NCBI GenBank assembly: GCA_963674595.2
Contig: CAXXFV010000006.1
Span: 32,001 to 96,000, forward strand
DNA length: 64,000 bases
Reading direction: 5' to 3'
From: a bacterium
GTDB taxonomy: Bacteria > Zhuqueibacterota > Zhuqueibacteria > Residuimicrobiales > Krinioviventaceae
Within the stretch, counting starts at the first letter, position 1. Each line of letters starts with the position of its first letter. A model generated the notes under the pieces. It worked only from the letters and a program-made list of their open reading frames with translations. It was not told where the DNA came from and searched no databases. The position numbers and the translations under genes are program-made. Shown in pieces: positions 50,246 to 60,189 of the stretch.

Positions 50246-52708
50246 TTACTCGTATCGTAAACTCTCCACAGGATTGGCTGTAGCTGCGCGAATTGCTCTG
50301 GACCCAACGATACCGAGACTCGCAAAAAGCGATACAAGAGCCGCCAGAATAAAAAGCCATACACTGATATTAATTCTATAGGCCATTGAAGACAAAATCG
50401 TATTTGTTAAAAATATTGCTATCGGGCAGGCAATAATATTGGCAATGAATACCAATGTTAAAAAAGATTTTGATAACGACGTGGTAATGTTTTGAACGGA
50501 GGCACCAAGCACTTTACGAATACCGATTTCTTTTGTTTTCCTTTCAATAATAAATGATGCAAGACCCAAAATTCCCAGACAGGCAATAATTAATGCCAGT
50601 AAAGATGTAATTCGCATAATCTTATCCAACACCATCCAGATTGAAAATGTCTTTTGGATTTCATCATCAACAAAAGAATATTCCAAGCGTTGATCGAATT
50701 TAAATTCATTCCATGTTGTTTTTAAATGCTGTATTGCCTCCGTGTAAAGTGCATTATCTATTTTTATTAACAAATAATTAAAATTTCGTGTGTTTACTTT
50801 TAAGCAAAAAGGCTGAATTTTTGTATCGGCATGTGATCTGAAGTTAAAGTCTTTTACAACACCGATGATTTTGCCTTTGTACAATCTTTGAATTTGGTCT
50901 CTCCGTTTGTTGTATGATTCCATTTCTTGTCCTTCTGCGTTTTCCCAGCCAAAGGTTTTCATGGCCTCATGGTTGACGATAAAAGCTTCTCGTAAATCAC
51001 TGCTAATGTCTGATGAAAAATCACGACCGGAAATAATGTCAATACCCAATGTTTTAATAAAATCAGTATCAACATAATATGTCCCAAGCTGTATGTCAGA
51101 AAAATCTTTTGAACGATAAGTCGGATAAACTGTATTAGACCCTCCAGGTAGTCCTGATGATGAGGTTATGTTTAAAATGGACGAATGTTTTATTAGTTCG
51201 TTCTTTAATAAAGAATATTTTTTAATAACATTATAATCGTCAACAGCAATACTTATGACATGCTCTTTATCAAATCCCAAATCTTTGGTTTTAAGAAAAT
51301 CGATCTGTTTGATCATATGAAATGATGTTATGATAAAAACAATCGATGCTGCAAATTGAGTAATGACCAGTATTTTTCGAAACATGCCTGATTTTTTGCC
51401 TTTTTTATTTCCACCTTTCATTACGTCAACAGCATGAAAACGCGATAGATAAAAAGCCGGGTAGCAACCTGCCAGAAAACCGGTGACAATAGCAATAATA
51501 AGCAGATAAATCCAATATATAATATTTTGAGACGCATGCAGATCAATAATCCGATCCGGCAGTTGAGGATCCAGTTTAAATAATTTACTTATAAATGTTC
51601 CCCACATGGGCAGTAGTGCTTGAACGATACCAAGCGCAAAAATAAATGCTATCAGACTAAACAGGATGGATTCCCCTAAAAATTGTTTAATGATTTGTTT
51701 GCGAAAAGCGCCCAATGTTTTACGGATGCCGATTTCTTTGAACCTGATACTCGCCCGTGCTGTGGTTAAATTAGTGTAATTAATACAAGCGATGAACAAA
51801 ATCATAAAAGCGATTGCCATCATAAAACCGGAAATAATTGAAATACCAAAGTCTCCCATTGCTAAGCCAATTTTAAGTGTATTATAATACATGTCTTGTA
51901 GCGGCATCAACTTGTAGTTTATTTCCTCATACCTTCCTTTATCGACAAATTTTTCAACAAATGGCGGAAAAAGTTTTTCGAGTTCACGGGGTGTTTGCCC
52001 GTTTTGCAGCATAACATAATTCCATGTGGGGCCTTCCCATTTTTGGGTAAGAAATTCATTACCCAAGATGGAATTTAAACTGCTGTATGAAGCAAGAAAA
52101 TTGAATTTTAAATGAGAATTGGCAGGTGTTTCTTTTAATATTCCCGTTACTGTAAAAGGTAGTTTTTTTTTCATAAATTGCGTTTGAACATTGATTGTTT
52201 GACCGACGGGGTTCTGGTCGCTAAACAATTTTTGGGCTGTTTTAGGCGTCAATACAACGGTAAAAGGCTCTTGCAAGGCAGTATTTTTATTGCCTGTTTT
52301 TAATGGAAAAGAAAATATATCAAAAACAGAAGGATCTGCAAACATGAATTCTTTTTCTGTAAAATAAGGACCGCCAACATCCACCTTGTATTGCAATAAA
52401 TTTGTAAAACGGACTGCATTTTTTATGGAAGGAAATTCCTGTAGCAGTAACGGCTGCAGGGGAGCGCCGATTTTTGCACTCTTTCTTGATCTACCCTCAA
52501 TGGTTTGTTCTTTATAAATACAATAAATATTATCTTTGTTTTTGTGAAAATTGTCATAGCTTTTTTCATAGTTAATAAATGAGAAAATGAGAAAAAAACA
52601 TACCATACCCACGGAAAGCCCAAAAATACTAATCAATGAAAACATTTTATTTTTCGTCAAGTTTCGTAGAGCTGTTTTTATATAATTTCTAAACATCATT
52701 CCTCCCAA
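50246..52708 (-). CDS. Duplicated MacB/FtsX-type ABC permease (3rd)
   Basis: FRNYIKTALRNL, IACINYTNL, KEIGIRK twice, NPVESLRYE; start probably ATG ~52696-52699. Confidence 0.92.
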   Translation of the reverse strand: MGGMMFRNYIKTALRNLTKNKMFSLISIFGLSVGMVCFFLIFSFINYEKSYDNFHKNKDNIYCIYKEQTIEGRSRKSAKIGAPLQPLLLQEFPSIKNAVRFTNLLQYKVDVGGPYFTEKEFMFADPSVFDIFSFPLKTGNKNTALQEPFTVVLTPKTAQKLFSDQNPVGQTINVQTQFMKKKLPFTVTGILKETPANSHLKFNFLASYSSLNSILGNEFLTQKWEGPTWNYVMLQNGQTPRELEKLFPPFVEKFVDKGRYEEINYKLMPLQDMYYNTLKIGLAMGDFGISIISGFMMAIAFMILFIACINYTNLTTARASIRFKEIGIRKTLGAFRKQIIKQFLGESILFSLIAFIFALGIVQALLPMWGTFISKLFKLDPQLPDRIIDLHASQNIIYWIYLLIIAIVTGFLAGCYPAFYLSRFHAVDVMKGGNKKGKKSGMFRKILVITQFAASIVFIITSFHMIKQIDFLKTKDLGFDKEHVISIAVDDYNVIKKYSLLKNELIKHSSILNITSSSGLPGGSNTVYPTYRSKDFSDIQLGTYYVDTDFIKTLGIDIISGRDFSSDISSDLREAFIVNHEAMKTFGWENAEGQEMESYNKRRDQIQRLYKGKIIGVVKDFNFRSHADTKIQPFCLKVNTRNFNYLLIKIDNALYTEAIQHLKTTWNEFKFDQRLEYSFVDDEIQKTFSIWMVLDKIMRITSLLALIIACLGILGLASFIIERKTKEIGIRKVLGASVQNITTSLSKSFLTLVFIANIIACPIAIFLTNTILSSMAYRINISVWLFILAALVSLFASLGIVGSRAIRAATANPVESLRYE

Positions 52709-52802
52709 ATTTTTAATCCAGCCAAGATTGTTTAAAATTCATTTTTATCTCTCAAGTTCTCATTTTGATATTCTGTAAACATCTTTTTTATTTTAGAAAT
52801 TT

Positions 52803-55187
52803 TTATTCATACCTTAAGCTTTCCACAGGATTTATTGAAGCAGCCCTGTAACTGATAAATCCGGTTATTACAAATGCAACGGTAAGAACAATAAAACCCG
52901 CAAACAGAAAAATTGAGAATGAAACATTCGTCTGGTATGCATAGGTATGCAGCCATTTTTCAATTATCCATAATCCAGCTACGCCGGATAATATCGTTGT
53001 GATAAATAAAAGTTTAACCTGAGACCCAAGTAACAATTTAGCAATATCATTATTGGTGGCACCTATTGTTTTGCGAATACCGATTTCTTTAGTGCGTTGC
53101 TTAACGGTAATTGCAGTAATTGAACCCAATCCTAAAACTGTAAGGATAAGCGCCAATAATGAACCGGACTGTACCAACTGAATAAGTTTATGTTCTCCAT
53201 TATACATTGCCTCAAAAGCTTCCTGGATAAAAACAAAATCCGGGATGTAATTTGGATCGTGCTTTTGAAAAGTATGTGCGATCCGTTCTAAAGTTGCCTT
53301 TGTATCGGTTGTGGCAATTTTAATAGATATAGTAAAAATATCATCTTTGTAATATGTAAACATTTCCGGCATAATTGGTTCACGTAAGGACGCATAATGA
53401 TAATTTTTAACGACACCAATAACTTTAAATGGCTTTTTAAATATTTCGACTTGTGCACCAATGGGTTCTGATAGTCCCAATTCTCTGACCGCTGCTTCAT
53501 TCAAAACGACAGCGTTTCGGTCGACACTTCGGTTGGCATCAAAGTTTCGGCCTGCATTTAATTGCATTCCAAAAGTTTCCAAATAGTCTGGTTGAATCCG
53601 CACTTCACGAATTGTTATACGAGAGTCATAGGGCGCTCCATAAGGTACAATATACTGATAACTGGCACCTTTCCCGGGCCTCGAATGAGAACCTGTAACC
53701 GATTTAATATCTGTATATTGGTTTAATTCACTTTTGATAACATTGTACTTGTTTTGTATTTTTGGTGTAAGATTTTCAAACGCTACAATGTTTTTTGATT
53801 CAAAGCCCAATGATTTGTTATTCATGAAATTAAACTGTTTTTGTAGAACAAATAAATTTGTCAATAATAACATGCAAATTGAAAATTGAAAGACAACAAC
53901 ACCTTTTCGTAATCTATGTTTGGGTTGTTTGGAAACACTACTTCCTTTTAATATTTGTACCGGGTTGAATTTTGATAGATAGTATGCCGGATAGATGCCG
54001 GATAAAATACCGATGAAAAAAACAAAAGCTAATATACCCAATGCCATACCAGGTTCAAGTAATGCGGCAAGTTGAAGCTCCCTGCCTACAAGATTACCAA
54101 ACGGTTTTATTAATAACAGCGAACATTGAATTGCAATTAAAAAAGAGATAACTGTTATTGATAAAGATTCGTATAAAAATTGTTTGATTAAACTAAATCG
54201 GGTTGCACCCACTGTTTTTCGGATACCTGTTTCGCGGGACTTTTTAGTGCTTTGTACTAAAAATAGATTAACAAAGTTTGCAATGGCAATTATTAAAATT
54301 AAAACTGTTAAAACAATTAAAATTCGTAACGTGTTTAAATCTCCCTTTTCCCCAATTTCATATTTTGTATTCGAATGCAGATAGATATCTTTTAAAGATA
54401 TCATTCTCCCTTTCATGGTTGTTTCTGTTGGTTTTCCAACTGCAAGCATTCGGTTATATTCTGATTCGATATTAGTGACAGATGCATCTAATGATGCGTT
54501 TTCATTTATTAAATAATAAGTATAAAATTCAAAACCGCCCATTCGGGGGAGATAGGAATTTGCTTCTATAGGAAGTAGAATGTCAAAATCAAAATGTGTT
54601 CTTTTAGATAAATTAGGAACAACGGCCGTTACGCGAAAAAGCTGTTCCTGCCCCGCTAAACAATATTCATTAACCTGTACCATTTTACCGATTGGGTTTT
54701 CAGAACCAAACAATTTTTCTGCAGTCCGTTGATTTATGACCAATCCATCTGAAGATTGTAATGCTTTATTTATATCTCCTGCCAGGACATCCATTTGGAA
54801 CACTTTAAAAAATGTCGAATCAGTATAGAAAAATTTTTGATTACGAAAACTACGATTAGCATATACTATTTCAGGATTATGTGTACGATAAATTTGAACG
54901 GTCGCTTTTATTTCGGGTACTTTTGAAGGTAGTTCAATAACAGCATTACGTGGACAAATTGGAAATTCGTTAATTTTATTGTTTTCCTTGAATAAAGTAT
55001 TCATGCGAAATATACGATCCGCATGAGTCCAATGCCGGTCATAACTTAATTCATGCTGAATAAAAATTAATAATAACAGGACTGCTGTTAGACCTGTCGA
55101 AAAACCGAATACATTTACAAATGAAATCCATTTATTCTTTTTAAAAATTCGTAATATGTTTTTCATATTTTCCTCTTGATTCGGCAT
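52803..55187 (-). CDS. Duplicated MacB/FtsX-type ABC permease (2nd)
   Basis: HELSYD, ETGIRK, RTKEIGIRK, NPVESLRYE; start may be ATG 55166. Confidence 0.9.
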   Translation of the reverse strand: MPNQEENMKNILRIFKKNKWISFVNVFGFSTGLTAVLLLLIFIQHELSYDRHWTHADRIFRMNTLFKENNKINEFPICPRNAVIELPSKVPEIKATVQIYRTHNPEIVYANRSFRNQKFFYTDSTFFKVFQMDVLAGDINKALQSSDGLVINQRTAEKLFGSENPIGKMVQVNEYCLAGQEQLFRVTAVVPNLSKRTHFDFDILLPIEANSYLPRMGGFEFYTYYLINENASLDASVTNIESEYNRMLAVGKPTETTMKGRMISLKDIYLHSNTKYEIGEKGDLNTLRILIVLTVLILIIAIANFVNLFLVQSTKKSRETGIRKTVGATRFSLIKQFLYESLSITVISFLIAIQCSLLLIKPFGNLVGRELQLAALLEPGMALGILAFVFFIGILSGIYPAYYLSKFNPVQILKGSSVSKQPKHRLRKGVVVFQFSICMLLLTNLFVLQKQFNFMNNKSLGFESKNIVAFENLTPKIQNKYNVIKSELNQYTDIKSVTGSHSRPGKGASYQYIVPYGAPYDSRITIREVRIQPDYLETFGMQLNAGRNFDANRSVDRNAVVLNEAAVRELGLSEPIGAQVEIFKKPFKVIGVVKNYHYASLREPIMPEMFTYYKDDIFTISIKIATTDTKATLERIAHTFQKHDPNYIPDFVFIQEAFEAMYNGEHKLIQLVQSGSLLALILTVLGLGSITAITVKQRTKEIGIRKTIGATNNDIAKLLLGSQVKLLFITTILSGVAGLWIIEKWLHTYAYQTNVSFSIFLFAGFIVLTVAFVITGFISYRAASINPVESLRYE

Positions 55188-55285
55188 TCACTCAATTTTT
55201 GTGAACAGCCTATTTGATTAACTCAATAATTGATTTTATGTTAGACTCTGAAATAGTATGATTTTATAATTCATTTAATTCATAA

Positions 55286-57697
55286 CTATTCATATCTCAA
55301 CGTCTCCACCGGATTGGTTGTGGCCGCTTTGAGCGAACGGGAGTTGACTGTGAGCAACGTTATAAATGCAATAACGAGCAGAGGAATAATAAACAACCAC
55401 GGATTTATATGCATAGGAAAGGCAAAAGTGTTCAGCCATTGTTTTATCGCCAGGTAGGAGAGAGGTATGGAGATAATAAATGACAAACTCATCAACAGAA
55501 TAAATTCTTTGGACAGCAGAAACAATATACCTGAAACATCCGCACCAAGCACTTTGCGGATACCGATCTCTTTGATTCGCCTGGATGCCATAAAAGAAGC
55601 CAGACCAAAAATACCAAGTCCGGTAACAAACAGGGCAAGAAATGAAAACAAGCCGACAACCTGTCCCAAAAGTTCATCTGCCTGGTATTGTTGATTGTAA
55701 TAGTCATCCAGAAAAAAGAAATCAAATGGATTGCCGGGAAAGAATTTTTTATAGTTTTGTTCAAGCGTTTTTATGGTATTTTGAATGTCTGCTGTTCCGA
55801 CTTTAACGGCAAACTGGCCCCGCACATCGCGTCCACCCGGTAAAAAACGATATATATGCGGTTCAAAAGCTTGTTTTAGGGACTGTTGATGAAAGTCTTT
55901 CAGAACACCGATGAGTGTATAGGTTTTTCCCCAATAACTGATTTCCTTGTTTAGTGCCTGTTCTTTATTTTCAAATCCAATCCACTTTACCGCTGTTTCA
56001 TTAAAAATAAGGGCGTCTTTGTCTGTTGCAAACTCTTTGGAAAAATTGCGGCCGCCGGCCAGTTTCAAATCGAAAAAATCAATATAGTCGTAATCAATAC
56101 CCACAATCTGATAGTTCTTCCCCTGACTGACGTCCTGACCTTTGATGAAAATACCGCCGTTGTCCCAGTAAATTTGCCGTCCCGGTACTTCGGTACAGAC
56201 ACAGAATTTTTTTATGTCTGTTTGCCGCAGCAATTCTTGTTTAAAGGTTTCCAGTTTGTTGTTAAAATTGTCATCCCGAACCCGTGGCGCTTTGATAACA
56301 ACGACCTGTTCCATATTAAAGCCAAGGTCCTGTTTTTTCATAAAGGCTATTTGTTGTGAAATGGTCAAGGTCCCTGTAATCAAAACAAAGGCCATGATAA
56401 ATTGAAAGATAACCAATGCTTTTCGCAAATTGAATTTACAACCTGCTTTACCGGAAAATCCTTTGAGTGTTTTTATCGGTTCAAAAGAGGTCATTACTAT
56501 TACAGGATAAATTCCCGAAAAAAGCACGCCGGCCAGAAAGAACAGCGCCAGGTATGGGAAAAACCATGTTTGACTCCACAAGGGCCATGAAACCGGGAGA
56601 CCTGTCAGGTTACAAAAGAGCGGGTTCAGCAGTTTGATTGCTCCCAGGGCTAGAACGACTGCAAAAATATTTATCAGCACGGTTTCCAAAAGAAACTGGA
56701 TTAATAGCTGACTTTTGGTCGCACCGATAACTTTGCGCAGGCCCACTTCCCGTGCCCGTGTCAAAGACTGTGAGGTGGAAAGATTGATATAATTTACCCA
56801 TGCAATAACAATAATAATCAGAGCAATGATATATAGATATTTTATAGTTTCATTGTTGCCGTTGGCCTCATATTCCTGCATATAGTGCGAGGTCAGGTGG
56901 ATGTCGGTTACCGGCTGAAAAACGAGATCAATGGTCATTTTATAATCTACCAGCCAGGGACAATTAGCTGTGACAAGATCGGCAAATCCCTGCTTTAAAT
57001 CAGCAGGTGTGGTTCCTTGCTGCAAACGCAGGTAGGTATAGGCGCCTGTGTGACCCCAGGCTTCCTCATAGGAGGGGCCGTATTTGGCGGCAAGGTTTTT
57101 CCATGGAAGAACGATGTCGAATTTTAAATGCGAGTTTTCCGGAGTGTCTTTAAATGTCCCGATTATCTGATAATCATCTTTCTTATCCACGCTCAATACC
57201 TTGCCGATGGGGGAGAGATCACCGAAATATTTTCGTGCCGTTGATTCGGATACATAAGCTTTATTCGGTTCTTTTAAACCGTCCACCGGATTTCCTTCCA
57301 GGAATGGAAACTCAAATATTTCAAAAAATTCCGGTTCCATAAAATACATACGTTCTTCAGGAAACATTATATCGCCAAAGGAAACCGAAGCACGGTATCT
57401 GAAAATTTTGGCTATTTTTTCGACATTGGAAAATTGTTCGCGAATTAGCGGCGCAGCCGGAGGGCAACATGATGCAAACCGGACTGTTTTGCCTTCTGAA
57501 CTGGTCCGTTCATAGCGTAATCTGTAAATGCGGTCAGTGTCTGCGTGAAATTTATCATAACTCTGTTCGAATTTGATGTAATGAAGGATCAGTAAACACG
57601 CTGTTATACCCACGGCCAGGCCAAGAATATTGATAGATGAAAAAAGAGTATTTTTTTTCAGGTTCCGAAAAGCAGATTTCAGATAATTAAAAAACAT
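55286..57697 (-). CDS. Duplicated MacB/FtsX-type ABC permease (1st)
   Basis: MFFNYLKSAFRNL, IAWVNYINL..RAREVGLRK, KEIGIRKVLGA, NPVETLRYE. Confidence 0.92.
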   Translation of the reverse strand: MFFNYLKSAFRNLKKNTLFSSINILGLAVGITACLLILHYIKFEQSYDKFHADTDRIYRLRYERTSSEGKTVRFASCCPPAAPLIREQFSNVEKIAKIFRYRASVSFGDIMFPEERMYFMEPEFFEIFEFPFLEGNPVDGLKEPNKAYVSESTARKYFGDLSPIGKVLSVDKKDDYQIIGTFKDTPENSHLKFDIVLPWKNLAAKYGPSYEEAWGHTGAYTYLRLQQGTTPADLKQGFADLVTANCPWLVDYKMTIDLVFQPVTDIHLTSHYMQEYEANGNNETIKYLYIIALIIIVIAWVNYINLSTSQSLTRAREVGLRKVIGATKSQLLIQFLLETVLINIFAVVLALGAIKLLNPLFCNLTGLPVSWPLWSQTWFFPYLALFFLAGVLFSGIYPVIVMTSFEPIKTLKGFSGKAGCKFNLRKALVIFQFIMAFVLITGTLTISQQIAFMKKQDLGFNMEQVVVIKAPRVRDDNFNNKLETFKQELLRQTDIKKFCVCTEVPGRQIYWDNGGIFIKGQDVSQGKNYQIVGIDYDYIDFFDLKLAGGRNFSKEFATDKDALIFNETAVKWIGFENKEQALNKEISYWGKTYTLIGVLKDFHQQSLKQAFEPHIYRFLPGGRDVRGQFAVKVGTADIQNTIKTLEQNYKKFFPGNPFDFFFLDDYYNQQYQADELLGQVVGLFSFLALFVTGLGIFGLASFMASRRIKEIGIRKVLGADVSGILFLLSKEFILLMSLSFIISIPLSYLAIKQWLNTFAFPMHINPWLFIIPLLVIAFITLLTVNSRSLKAATTNPVETLRYE

Positions 57698-57736
57698 ACC
57701 GGCTCCGTTGATGTTTTAGTTAGGTGTTATACAGAA

Positions 57737-58426
57737 CTAGATATGGAACTGACTGTTGAGGTTTTCGGTAACAACATGACCGTCAAACAAGTGAATCGTC
57801 CGGTTTCCATATTCGGCATAGGTTGGTGAGTGAGTTACCATGATAATCGTGGTGCCGTTATTGTTTAACTCGGTCAGAATGTTCATCACTTCGTCACCAT
57901 GCGCAGAATCGAGATTACCGGTCGGTTCATCAGCGAGAATAATTTTAGGTTTGGCGACAACGGCCCGTGCAACGGCAACACGCTGCTGCTGTCCTCCTGA
58001 TAGCTGTTGTGGAAAATGGTTGCGGCGGTGCATAATTTGCATGTGTTCCAACGCTTCCTCAACACGTTTTTTACGATCGGACGTGTTTACTTTGAGGTAT
58101 AATAACGGCAGTTCAACATTTTCAAAAACAGTCAATTCGTCGATCAGATTAAAACTCTGGAAAACAAACCCGATATTTGATTTTCGCATATTGGCCCGTT
58201 GGCGTTCCGTATATTTTGCCACTTCTTCATCCAGAAAAAAATATTCGCCGTCAGATGGATTGTCCAGCAATCCAAGCAGGTTCAGCAGGGTTGATTTTCC
58301 GCAGCCTGAAGGCCCCATAATGGATACGAATTCTTTTTCTCTTATTTCAATGTTGATATTATTTAACGCTGTTGTTTCAACCTCTTCGGTGGTATAAATT
58401 TTCTTTAAATTTTTAGTCTTAATCAT
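57737..58426 (-). CDS. MacB/LolD-type ABC transporter ATP-binding protein
   Basis: [35 protein letters not shown]. Confidence 0.96.
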   Translation of the reverse strand: MIKTKNLKKIYTTEEVETTALNNINIEIREKEFVSIMGPSGCGKSTLLNLLGLLDNPSDGEYFFLDEEVAKYTERQRANMRKSNIGFVFQSFNLIDELTVFENVELPLLYLKVNTSDRKKRVEEALEHMQIMHRRNHFPQQLSGGQQQRVAVARAVVAKPKIILADEPTGNLDSAHGDEVMNILTELNNNGTTIIMVTHSPTYAEYGNRTIHLFDGHVVTENLNSQFHI

Positions 58427-58449
58427 ATGACTGCTCCTTTAAACTGTTT

Positions 58450-58794
58450 TTATGCGGCGAGCTGTTTTATTTTTGAAAATTTTTTTAATTTTATCAGATG
58501 ATTATTGAAAAAATAATATTGCGCGTCTGTTATTGTTTTATTTTGATAGATTTTTTCTACGAGATGCAGCAGTTTTTGAGATGTTGATTCGATCTCTTTT
58601 AATATTGAAACTGTATTTTTATCATGATGGTGAAAAATGTATTTTTGCACCATTGTTAAAATTTTTATTGTCAAACATTGTATGGCACAACGATACGCTT
58701 GTGCCGGTTCTGCTGGAAATGAATCTGCTGTTTTCAGCAAAACCACGGAAAAAAGCCGGCATTGCTGCCATATTTTCTGATCGTTCTTTTCCAT
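58450..58794 (-). CDS. Divergent four-helix-bundle-like protein (23S rRNA IVS protein/Avd-like superfamily, tentative)
   Basis: N-terminus QKIWQQCRLFSVVLLKTADSFPAE resembles the L.VWQ.A..L...IY..T..FP.EE family start; 114 aa, helical; 2 nt from the upstream stop. Confidence 0.5.
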   Translation of the reverse strand: MEKNDQKIWQQCRLFSVVLLKTADSFPAEPAQAYRCAIQCLTIKILTMVQKYIFHHHDKNTVSILKEIESTSQKLLHLVEKIYQNKTITDAQYYFFNNHLIKLKKFSKIKQLAA

Positions 58795-58796
58795 TT

Positions 58797-60047
58797 TTAT
58801 TTCAATAACAGCTTTTCAATATCACCAAAATTATCATAAGAGGACGTAATGACTTTTTCACCCACTTTTAGGCCTTCCAGAACTTCATAAACATTCAGGT
58901 TTTGTCGTCCCAAACGAATGGGGCGTTTCACGGCAAAATTACCGGATTCATCCACCACATAAACCCACTGACCGCCGGTTTTCTGGTAAAAACCGCCTCT
59001 GGGTAAAAGCGTTGCAACAGTTAAATCGCCCAGTTCCAGTTGAATATGCAGGGTTTGCCCACGTCTTATGCCCTCCGGTTCCTTGTCGGCAAATTCAAGG
59101 TCTACTTCAAAGCGGCCTTCCAAAACTTCAGGGAATATTTTTTTAACAATCATTTTATAGTTTTCTCCGGCGAATTCGAAACGGCCTGTGCGTCCCAATT
59201 CAATTCGGGCAATGTAATGTTCATCAACCTTTGCCCTGACTTTAAATCCATCCAGTACATCAACCTGTCCCAGTCGTTGTCCTGTTGATTTTGATTCGCC
59301 TACTTCGGCATTCAACGATGTAAGCTGACCGGTGACCGGTGCTTTAAGGACAAGATTTTCCATATTTTGTTTTACTATTTCAAGGTTGCTTTCCATGCGA
59401 TTCAGCGAGATTTCCAGATTTGTAATCTGTATCTCACGGAACAATGAATCCTGTTTATGCGAAGTCAATGTTAATTCACGTTTTTTAAGAGAATACTCGT
59501 AATTATCCCGTGCCAGTTCAAATTCTTCCTGTGAAATAAGGTTTTTATCTAAAAGTTGCTGCGCTCTTTCAAAAGCCCTTTTCTGCTTTTTAATGGTAAA
59601 ATTTAATTCAATTAACTGGCCCTGAAGAGACAATTTGTTTTGTTCCATCTGCAGCCGTGTGTTACGAAGATTGTTACTTTGTGCAAACAATTCGGCTTCC
59701 CGGTACATAATTTCCATTACCAAATTTGTATTGGTGAGTTTTAAAATTTTATCACCTTTTTGTACAAAGTTTCCGGCTTCAAGATACAATGTGTCAACCC
59801 GTCCGCCTTCAATGGCATCCAGATAGATAGTTTTTATGGGGATAACATTGCCTATTATCGGAATAAACTCTTGGAAATCGCCTTCCGTGACGGTGGAAAT
59901 GGTTATCCGTTCGGTTTGCACGTTTAGTTTGCTGCTGTGGTCGCCGAATAAAATGTTATAAAATACGATAATAACAAATAAAGCAGCAATAGAGTAAATG
60001 AGAATATTTTTCAGGGTCCATTTTTTTTTCTTGATCTGTCTGTCCAT
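58797..60047 (-). CDS. Efflux periplasmic adaptor (HlyD/MacA-like membrane fusion protein)
   Basis: MDRQI.KKKW then TM, EGGRV...G..V.KGD lipoyl half, long coiled coil, KAPVTGQL, VLEGL..GEKVI. Confidence 0.92.
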   Translation of the reverse strand: MDRQIKKKKWTLKNILIYSIAALFVIIVFYNILFGDHSSKLNVQTERITISTVTEGDFQEFIPIIGNVIPIKTIYLDAIEGGRVDTLYLEAGNFVQKGDKILKLTNTNLVMEIMYREAELFAQSNNLRNTRLQMEQNKLSLQGQLIELNFTIKKQKRAFERAQQLLDKNLISQEEFELARDNYEYSLKKRELTLTSHKQDSLFREIQITNLEISLNRMESNLEIVKQNMENLVLKAPVTGQLTSLNAEVGESKSTGQRLGQVDVLDGFKVRAKVDEHYIARIELGRTGRFEFAGENYKMIVKKIFPEVLEGRFEVDLEFADKEPEGIRRGQTLHIQLELGDLTVATLLPRGGFYQKTGGQWVYVVDESGNFAVKRPIRLGRQNLNVYEVLEGLKVGEKVITSSYDNFGDIEKLLLK

Positions 60048-60083
60048 ATTAGCATCTCGGATTAGGTTTTTATTTTCAACTAG

Positions 60084-60099
60084 AGCACAAAATGTGCCA
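60084..60099 (-). promoter_or_regulatory. Sigma54 (-24/-12) promoter of the permease operon
   Basis: Minus strand TGGCACATTTTGTGCT has exact GG-N10-GC spacing, 36 nt upstream of the adaptor ATG, next to a sigma54 activator gene. Confidence 0.8.
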
Positions 60100-60171
60100 A
60101 TGGATTTTAAGCTTATACAAGCTTGAATTTTTAGCTGTAAAAAAATCAGGTATACGGTTTCATTACAAAGG

Positions 60172-60189
60172 GTGTGCGAATTCGCACAC
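60172..60189. promoter_or_regulatory. Perfect 18-bp palindrome, candidate enhancer (UAS)
   Basis: GTGTGCGAATTCGCACAC, ~75-90 nt upstream of the -24 element. Confidence 0.7.

Noticed and set aside
52730-52785. Tiny minus-strand ORF MFTEYQNENLRDKNEF in a spacer, as a possible remnant of a permease start or a leader peptide
   Set aside because: Similarity too weak; expected by chance in AT-rich DNA
50217-55226. ATTAACTCAA occurring in two array spacers (near 50217 and 55217)
   Set aside because: 10-nt AT-rich match at inconsistent positions and absent from most spacers
34671-55285. Integron with attC sites between the cassette-like genes
   Set aside because: Spacers are short and AT-rich, with no recurring RYYYAAC...GTTRRRY palindromes; no IntI-type integrase is present
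57840-58397. 185-aa plus-strand ORF (and the similar 26908-27144)
   Set aside because: Typical antisense shadow ORFs of ABC ATPase genes
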